A DNA stretch of 64,000 nucleotides from Occultella glacieicola (GCF_004353825.1 NZ_SMNA01000006.1:186001-250000), one strand, 5' to 3'. Positions 18,714 through 28,125 are shown, counted from the first letter of the stretch. Translations and numbers: made by a program. Notes: a model not told the origin generated them from the sequence alone.

Positions 18714-19202
18714 ATGACCACGTTCACCGTGTGGAAGTTCAACGACACCGACGGGGCCGCTCACGCCGAGACTGCGCTCAAGGCCGCGCAGTCCGACGGG
18801 CTGGTCACGATCGTCGACCATGCCATCCTGAGCTGGCCGGAGGGCGCCGACAAGCCGGACCTCAAGCACAAGGAGGACAGCAAGAAGCGCGGCGCGGGCT
18901 GGGGGGCCCTGTGGGGGCTGATGGGCGGGGCGCTCTTCATGGTGCCGGTGCTCGGCGTGGCGGTAGGTGCGGGCATCGGCGCGCTTGCGAAAGCCACCGA
19001 GGGGACCGGCATCACCAAGGACGATCTCGAGCGCATCCGCACCTCCGTGACCCCTGGCACCTCCGCCCTGTTCATGGTGACCGAGCAGGCGGATCTCGAC
19101 AGGCTGGGCGAACGCTTCCGAGCCGGCGACGCGAAACTGATCAGCACCAACCTCACCCCGGCCGAGCGCTCCATCCTGCTCGAGACGTTCGGGGGCGCCT
19201 GA
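18714..19202 (+). CDS. DUF1269-family glycine-zipper membrane protein
   Basis: GAGWGALWGLMGGALFMVPVLGVAVGAGIGAL, TPGTSALF; GAGGAG RBS. Confidence 0.88.
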   Translation: MTTFTVWKFNDTDGAAHAETALKAAQSDGLVTIVDHAILSWPEGADKPDLKHKEDSKKRGAGWGALWGLMGGALFMVPVLGVAVGAGIGALAKATEGTGITKDDLERIRTSVTPGTSALFMVTEQADLDRLGERFRAGDAKLISTNLTPAERSILLETFGGA

Positions 19203-19260
19203 GACCATCCGACGTGATCCGCTCGGGCTGATCCGCGGTGGAGCGGGGAGGTCGACGGCC

Positions 19261-19278
19261 TCACCCGCTCCGGGGTGA
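19261..19278. promoter_or_regulatory. TCACCC-N6-GGGTGA palindrome upstream of the DUF6325-SHOCT gene
   Basis: TCACCCgctccgGGGTGA, intergenic. Confidence 0.6.
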
Positions 19279-19330
19279 TGCCGATCCACCCGGCCACGGC
19301 CGATCATCGCCGTGACGGACCTCCCCGCCG

Positions 19331-19972
19331 ATGCGAGAGCTGGAGATCGTGTCCCTCCATCCTGAACCCGGGCGTGAACCACCCGACGACCTCGACCTCT
19401 GCGAGTACGTGATGGTCTCGGCGCCGTCCCTCGCCGCCCTGGCGCAGGTGGCCGCAGCCATCGAGGAGCTCATCGGTGACGGCGCCCTTCGGCTCCGCGA
19501 CGTCGCGGCGCTGGAGCGCCTGGAGGGCCGGACCACCGTGATCTGTCACGAGGCCGGGGACGTCGAGGCGCTCCACGGTCTCGCCGCCGCGATCGACGGC
19601 GGCGCACGGTTCAGCCGCCACGACCTCGAGCTCGCCGGTGTGACGATTGCGCCCGGGTCCGCGGCCCTCCTGCTCCTGCTGGAGGGCCGGTGGGCCGCCC
19701 CCCTGTCCGCGGTCGCGGGACGGGTCGGCGGACGCCTCGGGACCGGCGAGCGGATCGATCGCGAGCGGCTGCGCGCGCAGCTCACGGAGCCCGACGAGCG
19801 CCGATCGGATCGGACCGACCTCCTCGCCCGCGGCCCGGCGAGCCCCCACCTGCCGGATGTGCGGCTGGTCGACCCCGTCGATCAGATGCGCTCACTCGCC
19901 GACCTGGTCGACCGTGGGCTCCTGACGGTCGACCAGTACGAGGTTCAGCGACGCCGGGTGATCGACGGCTGA
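19331..19972 (+). CDS. DUF6325-like protein fused to a SHOCT domain
   Basis: GALRLRDVAAL, PGSAALLLLLEGRWAAPL, GERID; C-terminus DQMRSLADLVDRGLLTVDQYEVQRRRVI. Confidence 0.72.
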   Translation: MRELEIVSLHPEPGREPPDDLDLCEYVMVSAPSLAALAQVAAAIEELIGDGALRLRDVAALERLEGRTTVICHEAGDVEALHGLAAAIDGGARFSRHDLELAGVTIAPGSAALLLLLEGRWAAPLSAVAGRVGGRLGTGERIDRERLRAQLTEPDERRSDRTDLLARGPASPHLPDVRLVDPVDQMRSLADLVDRGLLTVDQYEVQRRRVIDG

Positions 19973-22638
19973 ACCGCCCGGCCTCGGGAGGCGAGTGCTC
20001 GCGCCGCTTCGGACGCCTCCGCCCGCGAGTTGCAGTCCAGCTTCCGGTAGATGACCTTGAGGTGGAACTTCAGCGTGTTGATGGAGATGAACAGCTCGCT
20101 GGCGATCTCCCGTAGCGTGAGCCGGCTCGGGAGCATCCTCAGCACCTCGAGCTCACGTTCCGTGAGTGGATCGATGAGCGTCAGCGGCGAGGCACTCCCC
20201 CGTTCGGTGGGCGCGGCGGCGCGCCGTAGACGGGTCAGCCACGCCGCCGGAACCTGCCAGGCGAGCCGCTCGACATCCTCCAGGACCTGCATCCCCTCGG
20301 CGGCCACCGTCTGCACGAGTCCGTGAGCCGACGCCACGCGCACCGCCTCGAGGAGGTGCTCGTTCGCCTCCGGAGTCCCCGCCACGGATCGGGATCGGAG
20401 CAGCCCGGCCACGACCCGGTGTCGTTCGCAGCGCGGCTCAGCTCCCTTCAGCACGTCGAAGGCACGCCCGGCCTCGTGGGAGGCGAGCAGGATACGAGCC
20501 TCGCTCACCGGTGCCCAGAACGGGTCCTCCACGCGCAGGGCCCAGCTACGAGCCTCGGTGAGATCGCCGCCGGCGATGGCGAGCACGGTTCCGGTTCGCG
20601 CCAGCCATGACCGTGCCGCCGGCCCGGACACGGCGGTGTCGACAAGCTCTGCGGCGCTCCCGAACGCCTCGTTCGCGGCGTCGAGCGCGCCGTCCGCGAT
20701 CCCGGCCTGCACGAGCTCCAGATGGGCGAGCAGGCAGCAGTACAGCGTCGACGCGATGTGGTCGGCCGAGAGCTCCTGGAGCAGCCGCAAGGACTCCTGG
20801 GCGTCGCCGACCTCCCGCCGGGCGATCCCCTCGGCCGTGGCGAGTTCCATGCGCAGCACTGTCAGGTTGACGTCCTCGGACGCTCCGCGCACCCCGGCGG
20901 CGATCCTGATCGCGTTGACGGGTCTGCCCGCAAGTGCTTCGCCGAGGGCACGTGTGCCCTCGAGGACGAAGCGACGCTCCGGCGCGATCGTCAGGGAATG
21001 GATGACTTCCTGCGTGCCTGCCGAGGATTCGTCCCACCGCTCCGACAGGGCGAGGTTGCGACCGATCAGGTTCCACGAATAGCGTCCGAGCGGATCGAGC
21101 CACCATGTCTCCCCGAGCTCGCTGAGAGCGGTCCTCGCCAGGGCACTGCCGTCGGTCCAGGAGCCGCGTCCGGTCGCGGCGATCGCCTGGAGCGTGAGGC
21201 ACCTGGCAGCCAGGACAGGGTCGACGTCCTCGGTGGGCAGCCCCGCGAGGTCGTCGACGAGTCGATCGAACCGCTCGTGGTCGACGAACAGGTGACACCA
21301 TGCGTACTCGATCCGCGACTCCGCGTCCTCGCTTGCGACCGCATCCGGGATGGCACCGATCACGCGCAGGATCGTGTGCACATGGCCGTCGTCGAACAGC
21401 CCGACGACCTCCTTCGCGAGCAGCCGCAACGCCCGGCGCGGGAGGTGGGCCCGTAGCCAGCTGTCGAGGGCCGCGGTCGTCTGCCCGTGTGCCTCGTACC
21501 AGGCCGCGGCCCAGGCGTGCAACTGCTGGAACCGCCCCGGTGATCGCTGTTCGAGCGCCCTCGTGAGCAGGTCGCGGACGAGGGTATGGATCTCGAACTC
21601 GCCCGACGGCTCGTTGCGGGAGACGAAGAGTCCCCGCTCCTCGGCGCGGGCGAGGAGCTCGCCCGCGTCGGTCCGGCTGGCCAGGATCCTCGCGAGTCCG
21701 GCGCCGAGGCGTGGCACCACCGATGCCGTCAGCATCACGTCGATCAGATCGGCACTCTCGCTGCCCAGGACCTCCTGCCAGAGATAGTCCTCGAGGTAGT
21801 GCAGGTCGTCGTGGGTCACCGGTGCGGAGCCGTCGAGGGCCTCCAACGGCTCCTCGCCGCGCGCGCGGGCGGAGCGCGCCGCGAGGGCAGCGAACTGGAT
21901 GCTGGCGGCCCACCCACTTGCCTTGGTGGCGAGCTCGGCAACGACGTCCGGCTCGAGGGTCGGCACCAGCCGCGCGAGCATCGCCCTGGCTTCCTCGAAG
22001 GAGAAGCGGAGCTCCGCGAAGTGCACCTCACCGAGCTGCCCGCGGGCCCGCAGCCGGTTCACCGGGAGACGTGGACTGCGCCGACTGGCGATCACGACGT
22101 GCAGCCACTCGGGCAGGTGTTGGAGGAAGATGGCCATCGACTCGGCTGCCTCGTCGTCACCGTCGATGAGGTGGACGTCGTCGATCACCAGGACCTTCAG
22201 GGTGTAGGTGCGCGCCTCGAGGTCGTCGAGCAGTTCCCCGACCGCTTCCAGGAAGTGGCCGCCACGACGCAGGCGCCGGGCGGCGAGCGTCGCGCAGCCC
22301 GGTGCCAGGCTGTCCAGCGCGGCCGCGACGGCCCGCCACATCTGGACGGGATCGCGGTCCGCCTCCTCGAGGGAGACCCACGCGCAGGGCAGCGGACTCT
22401 GCGCCATCCAACCGGCCAGGAGCGCCGTCTTGCCGGAGCCGGCAGGGGCGACGACCAGGGTCACGGGCGAGGTGACGGACTCGTCCAGCAACGCGTACAG
22501 ACGCTGCCTGTGGACCAGGTAGGACGGGCTGAGGGCTGGACGCAGTCGCGTCCTGGACACCGCGAGGAGGGAGGCACCCGACCGCTGCAGCCGGTCCGCC
22601 TCCAGCCGACTTTGCTGAGAGTCCGTGCGCCGGTCCAT
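19945..22638 (-). CDS. MalT-like STAND ATPase / LuxR-HTH transcriptional regulator
   Basis: Walker A APAGSGKT, Walker B LVIDDVH, GWAA motif, C-terminal PLTERELEVL...EIASELFISINTLKFHLKVIYRKL. Confidence 0.93.
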   Translation of the reverse strand: MDRRTDSQQSRLEADRLQRSGASLLAVSRTRLRPALSPSYLVHRQRLYALLDESVTSPVTLVVAPAGSGKTALLAGWMAQSPLPCAWVSLEEADRDPVQMWRAVAAALDSLAPGCATLAARRLRRGGHFLEAVGELLDDLEARTYTLKVLVIDDVHLIDGDDEAAESMAIFLQHLPEWLHVVIASRRSPRLPVNRLRARGQLGEVHFAELRFSFEEARAMLARLVPTLEPDVVAELATKASGWAASIQFAALAARSARARGEEPLEALDGSAPVTHDDLHYLEDYLWQEVLGSESADLIDVMLTASVVPRLGAGLARILASRTDAGELLARAEERGLFVSRNEPSGEFEIHTLVRDLLTRALEQRSPGRFQQLHAWAAAWYEAHGQTTAALDSWLRAHLPRRALRLLAKEVVGLFDDGHVHTILRVIGAIPDAVASEDAESRIEYAWCHLFVDHERFDRLVDDLAGLPTEDVDPVLAARCLTLQAIAATGRGSWTDGSALARTALSELGETWWLDPLGRYSWNLIGRNLALSERWDESSAGTQEVIHSLTIAPERRFVLEGTRALGEALAGRPVNAIRIAAGVRGASEDVNLTVLRMELATAEGIARREVGDAQESLRLLQELSADHIASTLYCCLLAHLELVQAGIADGALDAANEAFGSAAELVDTAVSGPAARSWLARTGTVLAIAGGDLTEARSWALRVEDPFWAPVSEARILLASHEAGRAFDVLKGAEPRCERHRVVAGLLRSRSVAGTPEANEHLLEAVRVASAHGLVQTVAAEGMQVLEDVERLAWQVPAAWLTRLRRAAAPTERGSASPLTLIDPLTERELEVLRMLPSRLTLREIASELFISINTLKFHLKVIYRKLDCNSRAEASEAARALASRGRAVQPSITRRR

Positions 22639-22798
22639 CTTGCTGCCATTCCCACAGTTGCACCCTCGGGGGGCACACGGCCATCAGTTTGACACAGGGC
22701 CCTGCTTCTCCGACAGGGGCAGGCGCGACGGGCCCACCAGGACGGCACTCGTCCCGGCGCCGGCAGAGACGACCGCGACGGCACGGATCACCGCCCGG

Positions 22799-23269
22799 TC
22801 AGACCGCCAGCAGCTCGTCCAGGCGCTCGTATCCGTCGTTGATCCCGCTCTCCATGCCGGACTCGACCATGCCGTCCCGAGCCTCCTGGGTCGGGTAGGC
22901 ACTCCGGCCGGTGATCCGGGTCCGGTCGCCGTCGAGTGACTCGAACGTCAGTGTCTCGATGCTGACCGTGTCCGGGAACCCCTCGTACTCGAAGGTCTGG
23001 ATGATGAGTTCGTTCTTCCGGGCGGTGTGGAAGACACCCCGGAAGCGGTACTCCTGATCGCCGTCGACGTGGCGGTAGGCGTACCCACCGCCGGACGTCA
23101 CGTCGTACCGGTCGATGGTCATCTCGTACCCGCGGGGGCCGAGCCACTGCTTGACGAGCTCCGGCTCGGCGTGCGCTCGGTAGACGGCATCGACCGGCGC
23201 GTCGAACTCCCGGGTGATCTCGATGAACGGAACTCCGGGTGGTGCGGTGATGGTGGTCGGGTTACTCAT
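22799..23269 (-). CDS. SRPBCC/AHSA1-like ligand-binding protein
   Basis: ITREFDAPVDAVYRAHAEPELVKQWLGP, QTFEYEG, SGMESG; overlaps the ArsR stop. Confidence 0.88.
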   Translation of the reverse strand: MSNPTTITAPPGVPFIEITREFDAPVDAVYRAHAEPELVKQWLGPRGYEMTIDRYDVTSGGGYAYRHVDGDQEYRFRGVFHTARKNELIIQTFEYEGFPDTVSIETLTFESLDGDRTRITGRSAYPTQEARDGMVESGMESGINDGYERLDELLAV

Positions 23270-23661
23270 GATTCCTCCTCGCTCGTAGATGTGCCGTGTG
23301 CGGTGGTGGTGCCTGGGTTCGTGGCCGGGGCTGATCTGCCGTCGGACGCGAGGACCGCGTCGAGCGCCCGGTACTGCTGCTCGTGGACCAGGCGGTAGCG
23401 GTCGATCCACGCGGTGAGCAACTCCAGTGCGGCGGCATCCAGGTGCACGGGCCGGCGTTGGGCGTCCCGGCTGCGGGTCACCAGGCCAGCCTGCTCAAGG
23501 ACCTGGATGTGCTTGGAGATCGCCTGCTTGCTGATCTCGAACGGCGCTGCCAGGTCGTTGACCGTGGCCGGGCCCGTGCTCAGGCGGGCGATGATCCGTC
23601 GGCGGACGGGATCGGCCAAGGCCATGAAGCCTCGGTTGAGCCCGTCCTCGCCAGCACCCAT
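23266..23661 (-). CDS. ArsR/SmtB-family transcriptional regulator
   Basis: FMALADPVRRRII, ISKQAISKHIQVLEQAGLV. Confidence 0.92.
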   Translation of the reverse strand: MGAGEDGLNRGFMALADPVRRRIIARLSTGPATVNDLAAPFEISKQAISKHIQVLEQAGLVTRSRDAQRRPVHLDAAALELLTAWIDRYRLVHEQQYRALDAVLASDGRSAPATNPGTTTAHGTSTSEEES

Positions 23662-23678
23662 CGTCAAATCCTTCGTTG

Positions 23679-23696
23679 ATCAACTGTGTGGTTGAT
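23679..23696. promoter_or_regulatory. Probable autoregulatory operator of the ArsR-SRPBCC operon
   Basis: Perfect palindrome ATCAAC-N6-GTTGAT just upstream of the ArsR start. Confidence 0.7.
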
Positions 23697-23825
23697 TACG
23701 CTACCGCGCTCGACACCACCGGTCAAGGCCGTCGACGCGGGCGACCGGACCGGCCGCGCCCGTCCAGGCGGCGAAGCGCGCGACCGCACCCCGCCGCGCA
23801 CCTCGGGCCGGTTACGGTGACGGGC

Positions 23826-24404
23826 GTGCCCCTGCCTCCAGTCCCCGAGCCCGGTCCGGACCTCGTCGTCCATCATGTGCCGTCGGCCGTGGCCGCGATC
23901 TATCGCCCGCGCCTGAGCCTGCTCGGCATCGTCCTGGTGGCCTGGCTCGGCGTCGGCGTCGGTCTCGTCGTCACCGGGCATCCCGTCGTCGGTGCCGCGC
24001 TGCTGGTCGCAAGCCTGGTGGTGTTCGTGATGTTCGTCGAGACCCTCAGGGGGTGGCTCTCCCGATCCGGCGCCGGTCCGGCCCTCGTGATCGGGGCCGC
24101 GGGTATCGAGATCGGCAAGCCGCCCCTGCGATTGGCGTGGCATGCGCTCCGGGCGGTGGAGGTGCTCGCGGGGCGGGGCTGGCTGCGCACTCCTACCCTC
24201 GTGCTCCGTCTCCGTCCCGGGGTGACCGGCGGGTCAGCCGGCGCCCTCCCCGGGCACCACAGCCGGGCCCGCTGGCGACGCTGGCAGGAGCGCGGTGTGC
24301 TCATCGACGCCACCGCCCTGGACGCGCCGATGCACACCATCGTGGCCGCCGTCGCACACGCGAGCAGGGGGTCGGTCGAGGTGCCCACGACCGGCCTTCG
24401 CTGA
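23826..24404 (+). CDS. Hypothetical membrane protein (2 TM plus PH-like domain); start uncertain
   Basis: Two hydrophobic helices followed by PALVIGAAGI...LAWHALRAVE. Confidence 0.6.
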   Translation: MPLPPVPEPGPDLVVHHVPSAVAAIYRPRLSLLGIVLVAWLGVGVGLVVTGHPVVGAALLVASLVVFVMFVETLRGWLSRSGAGPALVIGAAGIEIGKPPLRLAWHALRAVEVLAGRGWLRTPTLVLRLRPGVTGGSAGALPGHHSRARWRRWQERGVLIDATALDAPMHTIVAAVAHASRGSVEVPTTGLR

Positions 24405-24419
24405 GGCCACGCCCGGCGC

Positions 24420-24890
24420 TCACTCGCCGATGTCCTCGTTCCACAGCGCGGGCTCGGCAGCGATGAAGTCGCTCATGACCTGCGCGCACGCGGGGTCGTC
24501 GAGCACCACCACCTCCACACCGCGGGAGCGGAGCAGGTCCTCTCCCCCACGGAAGGTGCGGTTCTCCCCGATGACGACGCGCGGGATCCCGTACAGCAGG
24601 ATCGCGCCGGTGCACATGTCGCACGGCGACAGCGTGGTGACCATGATGGCCCGCCGGTAGGTGCTGGCTGGCAGACGCCCGGCGTTCTCGAGGCAGTTCG
24701 TCTCGCCGTGGTGGATGGCGCTGCCACGCTGCACCCGCTGATTTCGACCGACGGCGATCACCTCGCCGTCGACGATGAGTGCGGCTCCGATCGGAATGCC
24801 ACCCTCGGCTCGCCCGGCACGCGCCTGTTCGAGCGCATGCGCCAGGTACTGGGTGTCGGTCTCGGTCACGGGGTGCTCCGATCGGGACAT
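24420..24890 (-). CDS. Nucleoside/cytosine deaminase (CDA fold)
   Basis: GGIPIGA, HGE, TTLSPCDMC zinc motifs. Confidence 0.92.
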   Translation of the reverse strand: MSRSEHPVTETDTQYLAHALEQARAGRAEGGIPIGAALIVDGEVIAVGRNQRVQRGSAIHHGETNCLENAGRLPASTYRRAIMVTTLSPCDMCTGAILLYGIPRVVIGENRTFRGGEDLLRSRGVEVVVLDDPACAQVMSDFIAAEPALWNEDIGE

Positions 24891-24966
24891 GGACGCCTCG
24901 GATGAGGGGCGGTCCGGTGGCCGGCAGTCGCCGCGAAAGCCCGCACCGCGAGGTACTCGGCCCGGA

Positions 24967-25602
24967 TCATGGTGCCTCGACATCCCTGGGTGAGTGCCAG
25001 CGTCCGCGGTGTACGACGTCGCCTAGCGGGCGGCGGGTCCGGGTCCGCGCCGAGTGTCCCGGTCGGTCGTCCGGGTCAGGATGCCCGACGGCGATCGCAC
25101 CGATCGGCTCGAACGCCGCCGGCACGCCGAACGCGTTCCGGAACGACTCCTGCCCGGGCCGCGGGATACCGAAGAAGCACGCGCCGAGTCCGAGGTCAAC
25201 GGCACTCTGAAGGATCAGGAGCGAGGCCATACCGGTGTCGATCTGCCAGTACGGGGCTGCCCATTGCTGTTCGCCGGGAGGCGTCGACCCCTTGTCCCGT
25301 TCCCGGTACCGGTCCCGATAGGCCGTCTCCGATGCCAGTGGCACGATGAGCACGGGCGCGGTCCGCATGCCACGCAGCCAGGCGCTCGATTCACCTGCCC
25401 GTTCCGGCGGCGTGGTCACGCGCCAGAAGCTCGCCACGTCGTCCGGATCCTCGAGCACGAGGAAGGCCCAGCCCTGGCTGAAGCCGGCGCTGGGTGCCCG
25501 GACCGCATTCGCGAGCATCGTCTGGACCGCCACCGCCGGAACTGCCTCGTCCGTGAACGACCGCACCATCCGGCGGCGGCGGACCACCTCTGAGAACTCC
25601 AT
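24967..25602 (-). CDS. Nitroreductase-family protein
   Basis: MEFSEVVRRRRMVRSF, APSAGFSQGW, DLGLGACFFG; the ORF track fuses it to upstream pseudogene sequence. Confidence 0.88.
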   Translation of the reverse strand: MEFSEVVRRRRMVRSFTDEAVPAVAVQTMLANAVRAPSAGFSQGWAFLVLEDPDDVASFWRVTTPPERAGESSAWLRGMRTAPVLIVPLASETAYRDRYRERDKGSTPPGEQQWAAPYWQIDTGMASLLILQSAVDLGLGACFFGIPRPGQESFRNAFGVPAAFEPIGAIAVGHPDPDDRPGHSARTRTRRPLGDVVHRGRWHSPRDVEAP

Positions 25603-25693
25603 GGTCACGATCATGCCCCGAACGGTGGCTGGTCGGCGGTGCGGCGACTCACCGCGCACCGATGTGGATGGACTGCTGCCGCGCCGCACACGG

Positions 25694-27127
25694 TCAGCCC
25701 CATGGTGGGGTGGTGGGCTGAATCTCGGTGCCGTCGGGTCGGTAAAAGTGCCGGGCGCCGTGGCGGTGGAGCATGGTGATGTTGTGGGTGTGGACCCAGC
25801 GATGGTGGTAGTAGCAGAGCAGGGCGGCGTCGGTGAGGTCGGTGGGGCAGCCCTCGCTCCAGCGTCTGCTCGCGTGGTGGGACTCGGTGCGTTCCGGTGG
25901 AACGGTGCAGTCGGGGTGGACGCAGTGCTTGTCCCTGGCGACGAGGGCTCGGCGTTGGGCTGCGGTGTAGCGGCGGTGGGCGCGGCCGTGGTTGAGGATC
26001 TCGTTGTCGGGTCCGAAGATGATCCGGCTGCACCCGCTGCTGCTTCGGTGGCCTCGGTGGTGTTGATGATGTCGAGGAACTCCGGGGTGCCGATCAGGAC
26101 ACCGAGGTGCGGACTTACGGACGCCGAGGTGCCGACCCTGCCCCGGTCCAGTGCGGTGTGGGCGAGGTCGGCGAGGGCCTGGGCGCGCCGCTGGGCACAG
26201 GTGCGGGTCTCACCGGCCGCGGGTGGCCCCATGATCGCTTCGAGCGCCGTCCGGATGTACTGGCCATGCTCAAGGGTGAGGAACTCGGCCACGTTGTAGC
26301 CGCCCAGGGTGCGGTCGATGCTGAGGTGCTCACGATCGGCCGCAGCACGGTACGCGCCTGTCAGTGGCATCCGGGTCCGCGATCGCGACGAAATGGTCAA
26401 CCACCTGGCAGAGCCTCCGGAGAACCCGACATCGCTGCCCTCGGACGTGCCGCCGCCATCGCTCGCACCGGCCGTCCCGCCCGTCGCGGCCGCCTCGGTC
26501 TCGTCCGAACCGTCGGTGCCGGGCGCAGGTCGCCTCGGTGCCGGCGCCGGTCGCGTCGGTGCCGGTGCCCGTGCCGGTCGCGTCGGTGCTGTCGGCGTTG
26601 TCGGGGGTGGGGCCGGCGGGGAGTTGGAGGGCGTCGGCGGCGGCCTGGGTGGCGACGGCCTTGAGCAGGATCTGGGCCCGGTCGATCCCGATCTGACCGG
26701 CTCGTAGCCGTCGCCTGGTGGCGGGCAGGCTGTTGCGCAGGCCCTTGGCCAGGCTCACGATCCGGCGGGCGTTGGCGGCGGTGATGCCGTAGGTCTTGGC
26801 CACGCAGGCGGCGTAGGTACGGAACCCCTTGCTGGTGTCCCCGGTGCCGGCTTCCTCCTCCAGCCCCATCCAGTCCAGGCGGGCCCCGGTCAGGCACTCC
26901 GTGATCGGGTGGGTCCGGAGCGCGGCCCGACCGAGGAATGTGGCCCCGTACCGGCCGGACTGCTCGACCGGGTCAGCCACTGCGATCGAGGCGGTGAGCG
27001 CCTCCAGGGCGATCAACTTGTCATCCAACGACGCGTTCAGCAACTCTCCCAGCGGCAGGTGCAGGCGGGACGCGAGCGCCACCCCGGCGCCGTCGCCGCT
27101 GCCGGTGGTGGTCGTGAAGTCATCCAC
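25694..27127 (-). pseudogene. Frameshifted DUF222 (13E12 repeat) / HNH endonuclease gene
   Basis: Split over three frames, with shifts near 26350 and 26035. Last frame: RIIFGPDNEILNHGRAHRRYTAAQRRALVARDKHCVHPDC...ESHH...W...TDLTDAALLCYYHHRWVH, stop at 25694-25696. Confidence 0.85.
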
Positions 27128-27169
27128 GTGTGCTCACCCCCTCAAGAAAGCTCGTGCCCGGTACCGCGA

Positions 27170-27185
27170 TCGAACGGTTGTTCGA
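27170..27185. promoter_or_regulatory. LexA (SOS) box
   Basis: TCGAACggttGTTCGA, a perfect match to actinobacterial TCGAAC-N4-GTTCGA. Confidence 0.85.
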
Positions 27186-27197
27186 CCTACATGAGCC

Positions 27198-27219
27198 ACT
27201 CTAGGACGCACCACCGACA
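27198..27219 (-). promoter_or_regulatory. RecA-NDp / PafBC-type DNA-damage promoter
   Basis: Minus strand TGTCGGTG-8 nt-TAGAGT matches the mycobacterial TGTCRGTG-N8-TAnnnT consensus. Confidence 0.8.
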
Positions 27220-27372
27220 TCACAAGATTCCCGATTTCCGTTGTGGATACTGGCGAATCAGGCGCCACCGCGAGATTCGTGGCATGGCAGGATGACCCTC
27301 TATGCACAACCTCGAGCGAGCACGTCTGCCGAAGTCACCCGGTTCAGCGTCCGCCTGTCCGAGCCCGCCCCG

Positions 27373-28125
27373 ATGAGCACGGTCGTCATCCTCAACGGCG
27401 TCCCCCGCTCGGGGAAGTCGTCGATCGTCGAGGCGATCCAGGACACGTACGAGCGCCCGTGGCTCAATCTCGGCGTCGACATCTTCCAGGCGGCCACCCC
27501 GGCGCGCCACAGACCCGGTATCGGGTTGCGCCCCGGCGGCGAACGGCCCGACCTGGAACCCTTCGTCGTCGTCGCCTATCGGGCGATGTTCGCTGCGATC
27601 GCGGAACACCTGCGGCAGGGGCTGGACGTCGTCGCCGACGTCGGCCTGCACGATGACTACTCCGTGCCACTCGGGATCCAGCGCGAGGCTGCCTCGATTC
27701 TGCAGGGCCTCGACGTGCTCTACGTCGGCGTGCGGTGCCCTGATGAGGTTGTCCGCCAGCGTCGCCGTGACACCTGGGGTGGCACCGGCGTGACCGGCGG
27801 TGCCCTCCGGACGGGCGGTACCCGCGCCGATGGTGCCGACCGGGCGAGCGGCGCCGACGGGGACCACAGCGTGGCCGAGGGCCGCCGCGGGCCAGCCCTG
27901 GCCGACAACGACCGCGCCGACGACCCGGTGACGCGCTGGGACCGTGCCGTGCACTCACCCGGCCGCTACGACCTGGAGGTCGACACATCCCGACTCACAC
28001 CCCAGCAGTGTGCGGAGCGGATCGCGGCCCGGCTCCGGGCCCTCGTTGCGGCTGCCGTGCCGCTACCGGACCCGGCGTCGCCACGGTTCGGAGCGCCGCC
28101 GTCGGCCTTCTTCGACGTCGCCTAG
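27373..28125 (+). CDS. Chloramphenicol phosphotransferase (CPT)-like P-loop kinase
   Basis: VILNGVPRSGKSSI, WLNLGVD, VLYVGVRCP, YDLEVDTS. Confidence 0.85.
   Translation: MSTVVILNGVPRSGKSSIVEAIQDTYERPWLNLGVDIFQAATPARHRPGIGLRPGGERPDLEPFVVVAYRAMFAAIAEHLRQGLDVVADVGLHDDYSVPLGIQREAASILQGLDVLYVGVRCPDEVVRQRRRDTWGGTGVTGGALRTGGTRADGADRASGADGDHSVAEGRRGPALADNDRADDPVTRWDRAVHSPGRYDLEVDTSRLTPQQCAERIAARLRALVAAAVPLPDPASPRFGAPPSAFFDVA

Noticed and set aside
2341..22638. Accessory cluster as an integrated mobile island
   Set aside because: No integrase, transposase, tRNA or flanking direct repeats seen; no clear compositional shift by eye
24967..26400. Apparent 477-aa DUF222-nitroreductase fusion in the ORF track
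   Set aside because: Artefact of the frameshifted pseudogene running in frame into the nitroreductase; the HNH part is in another frame with its own stop at 25694
26520..26600. Repeated gccggtcgcgtcggtgc units
   Set aside because: Low-complexity linker of the DUF222 pseudogene; no unique spacers or cas genes, so not CRISPR
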